Positions 63,029 to 64,000 of a DNA stretch of 64,000 nt are shown piece after piece. The DNA comes from an uncultured delta proteobacterium. GTDB lineage: Bacteria; Myxococcota; Myxococcia; Myxococcales; Anaeromyxobacteraceae. The notes beneath the pieces were generated by a model, which ran no database searches, was not told the origin of the DNA, and saw nothing but the letters and a program-made list of their open reading frames with translations. Within the stretch, counting starts at the first letter, position 1, and each line of letters begins with the position of its first letter. The position numbers and the translations under genes were made by a program. The stretch is taken from positions 640,001 to 704,000 of the forward strand of contig CAVYBH010000012.1 in the NCBI GenBank assembly GCA_963766715.1. The letters run 5' to 3'.

Positions 63029-64000
63029 TCCGGCTCCTCACGCCCCTTCTGATACTCTCGGTGACAACCCGGGCGGGTGCGAAGGAGCCCTTCACGGACT
63101 GGATCGAGGGGGCCGGCGGGGGCGCCGCCGCGCTCGCCGCGAGGCGACCCCGAGACCGCCCACCAGGAGGCCCGCCGGGCCGCGGAGGCAATCACCCGGG
63201 GTGAAGCGGGCGGGCGGGCGCGCCTCCTCTCCGGCCTGGCGCTCGCCGACCTCGGACGTCCCGCCGACGCCGCCGCCGAGATCGACGCCGCGCTTCCTTC
63301 ACTCCCCGTCACCCTCGCCCCGGCCGCGCGCGGCCGCCTCGGCGGGGCCCTGATGGCGGGCGGACGTCCGGCGGCAGGCCGCGGACGCCTTCGCCGGGGC
63401 CGCGGCCGGGGCCGACCCGGCCGACCGGGTCCGGCTCGCCTGCCTCGAGGCCCGCGCCCGGCTCGCGGCGGGCCAGCCGGGCGAGGCCGCCCGCGCCGTG
63501 GGACCTGGCTCGGCGGCCGGCGATCCCGGGATCCCTCGCGGTGCAGGCGCGCGCCTGGCTGGCCCTCGGAGATCCCCGCGCCGTCCCGGCCCTGCGCGAT
63601 CTGGCGGTCGAGCGCGCCGGCACGCCCGAGGGCGAGGAGGCGGCCGCGAGCCTGCGCGCGGCGGTTCCTCCGGTCGCGCCGTCCCTTTCCAATCGGCTCG
63701 CCCGGGCCCGCCGGCTCCTCGCCGCCGCCCGTCCTCGCGAGGCGCTCGAGGAGATCGACGCGGTCGACCGGGAGGTGGGCTCCGCTCCGCTGCCCACCGT
63801 GCTCCGGGCCATGGCCATGCTGCAGCTCGGCCGCCCCGCGGAGGCGGAGCGACTCGCCACGCCGATCGCGAGCCTCCCCGGGCCGGGAGAGCCCGCCGCG
63901 TCCCGCTTCATCCTGGCCCGCGCCACCGCCCGCCAGGGCCGCCTCGACGAGGCCATCGGCTGGTACCGGAGGGTCGCCGCCGAGAAGCCGGTCGTCCCCG
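63022..64000 (+). CDS. Exported TPR-like protein, possibly the N-terminus of a soluble lytic transglycosylase (partial, frameshifted)
   Basis: Candidate TTG start MRIRLLTPLLILSVTTRAGA; Ala-rich TPR-like helices (ARLLSGLALADLGRPADAAAE; RFILARATARQGRLDEAIGWYRRV); runs off the window. Confidence 0.45.

Overview
A 64 kb, very GC-rich core-chromosome segment from a Myxococcota bacterium, most likely Anaeromyxobacter-like (inferred from gene content, a Myxococcus-type LexA box, the LipB-NUDIX fusion and the Hsp70 paralogue). It is mostly housekeeping: a tRNA 5' half, an Hsp70 paralogue with SCP2, a UvrD/PcrA helicase, hutH, an ectoine-type aspartate kinase, a 2-oxoacid dehydrogenase/lipoate operon (lipA-E1a-E1b-E2-tatD-tcdA-lpdA-lipB), an HD-GYP regulator, moaA, thiC, eno, glpX, hom, rlmN, ndk, sucCD, mdh, pyrR-pyrB-pyrC-carA, lepA, class II RNR nrdJ with NrdR boxes, the LexA-boxed imuA-imuB-dnaE2 cassette and trxA. 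About 20 genes carry single-base frameshifts, including normally indispensable ones; I read these as long-read consensus errors rather than pseudogenes. No mobile element, prophage or CRISPR array is evident. The best leads are: (1) a hidden exported rhodanese-like selenoprotein (in-frame UGA in a CxxxxU motif followed by a SECIS-like hairpin) between moaA and thiC; (2) a UvrD helicase ending in an SSB-like acidic tail (EEDVPF); (3) a structured, non-TPP leader upstream of thiC; (4) an Hsp70-SCP2-phasin-like operon; (5) a double HARE-HTH protein with a degenerate Mrr domain; (6) exactly 22-bp-phased GCGCAAAT-like repeats upstream of a small 4-Cys protein; (7) clustering of indel errors at GAWTC, hinting at host methylation. 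All protein calls come from motif recognition by eye; no database search was run.
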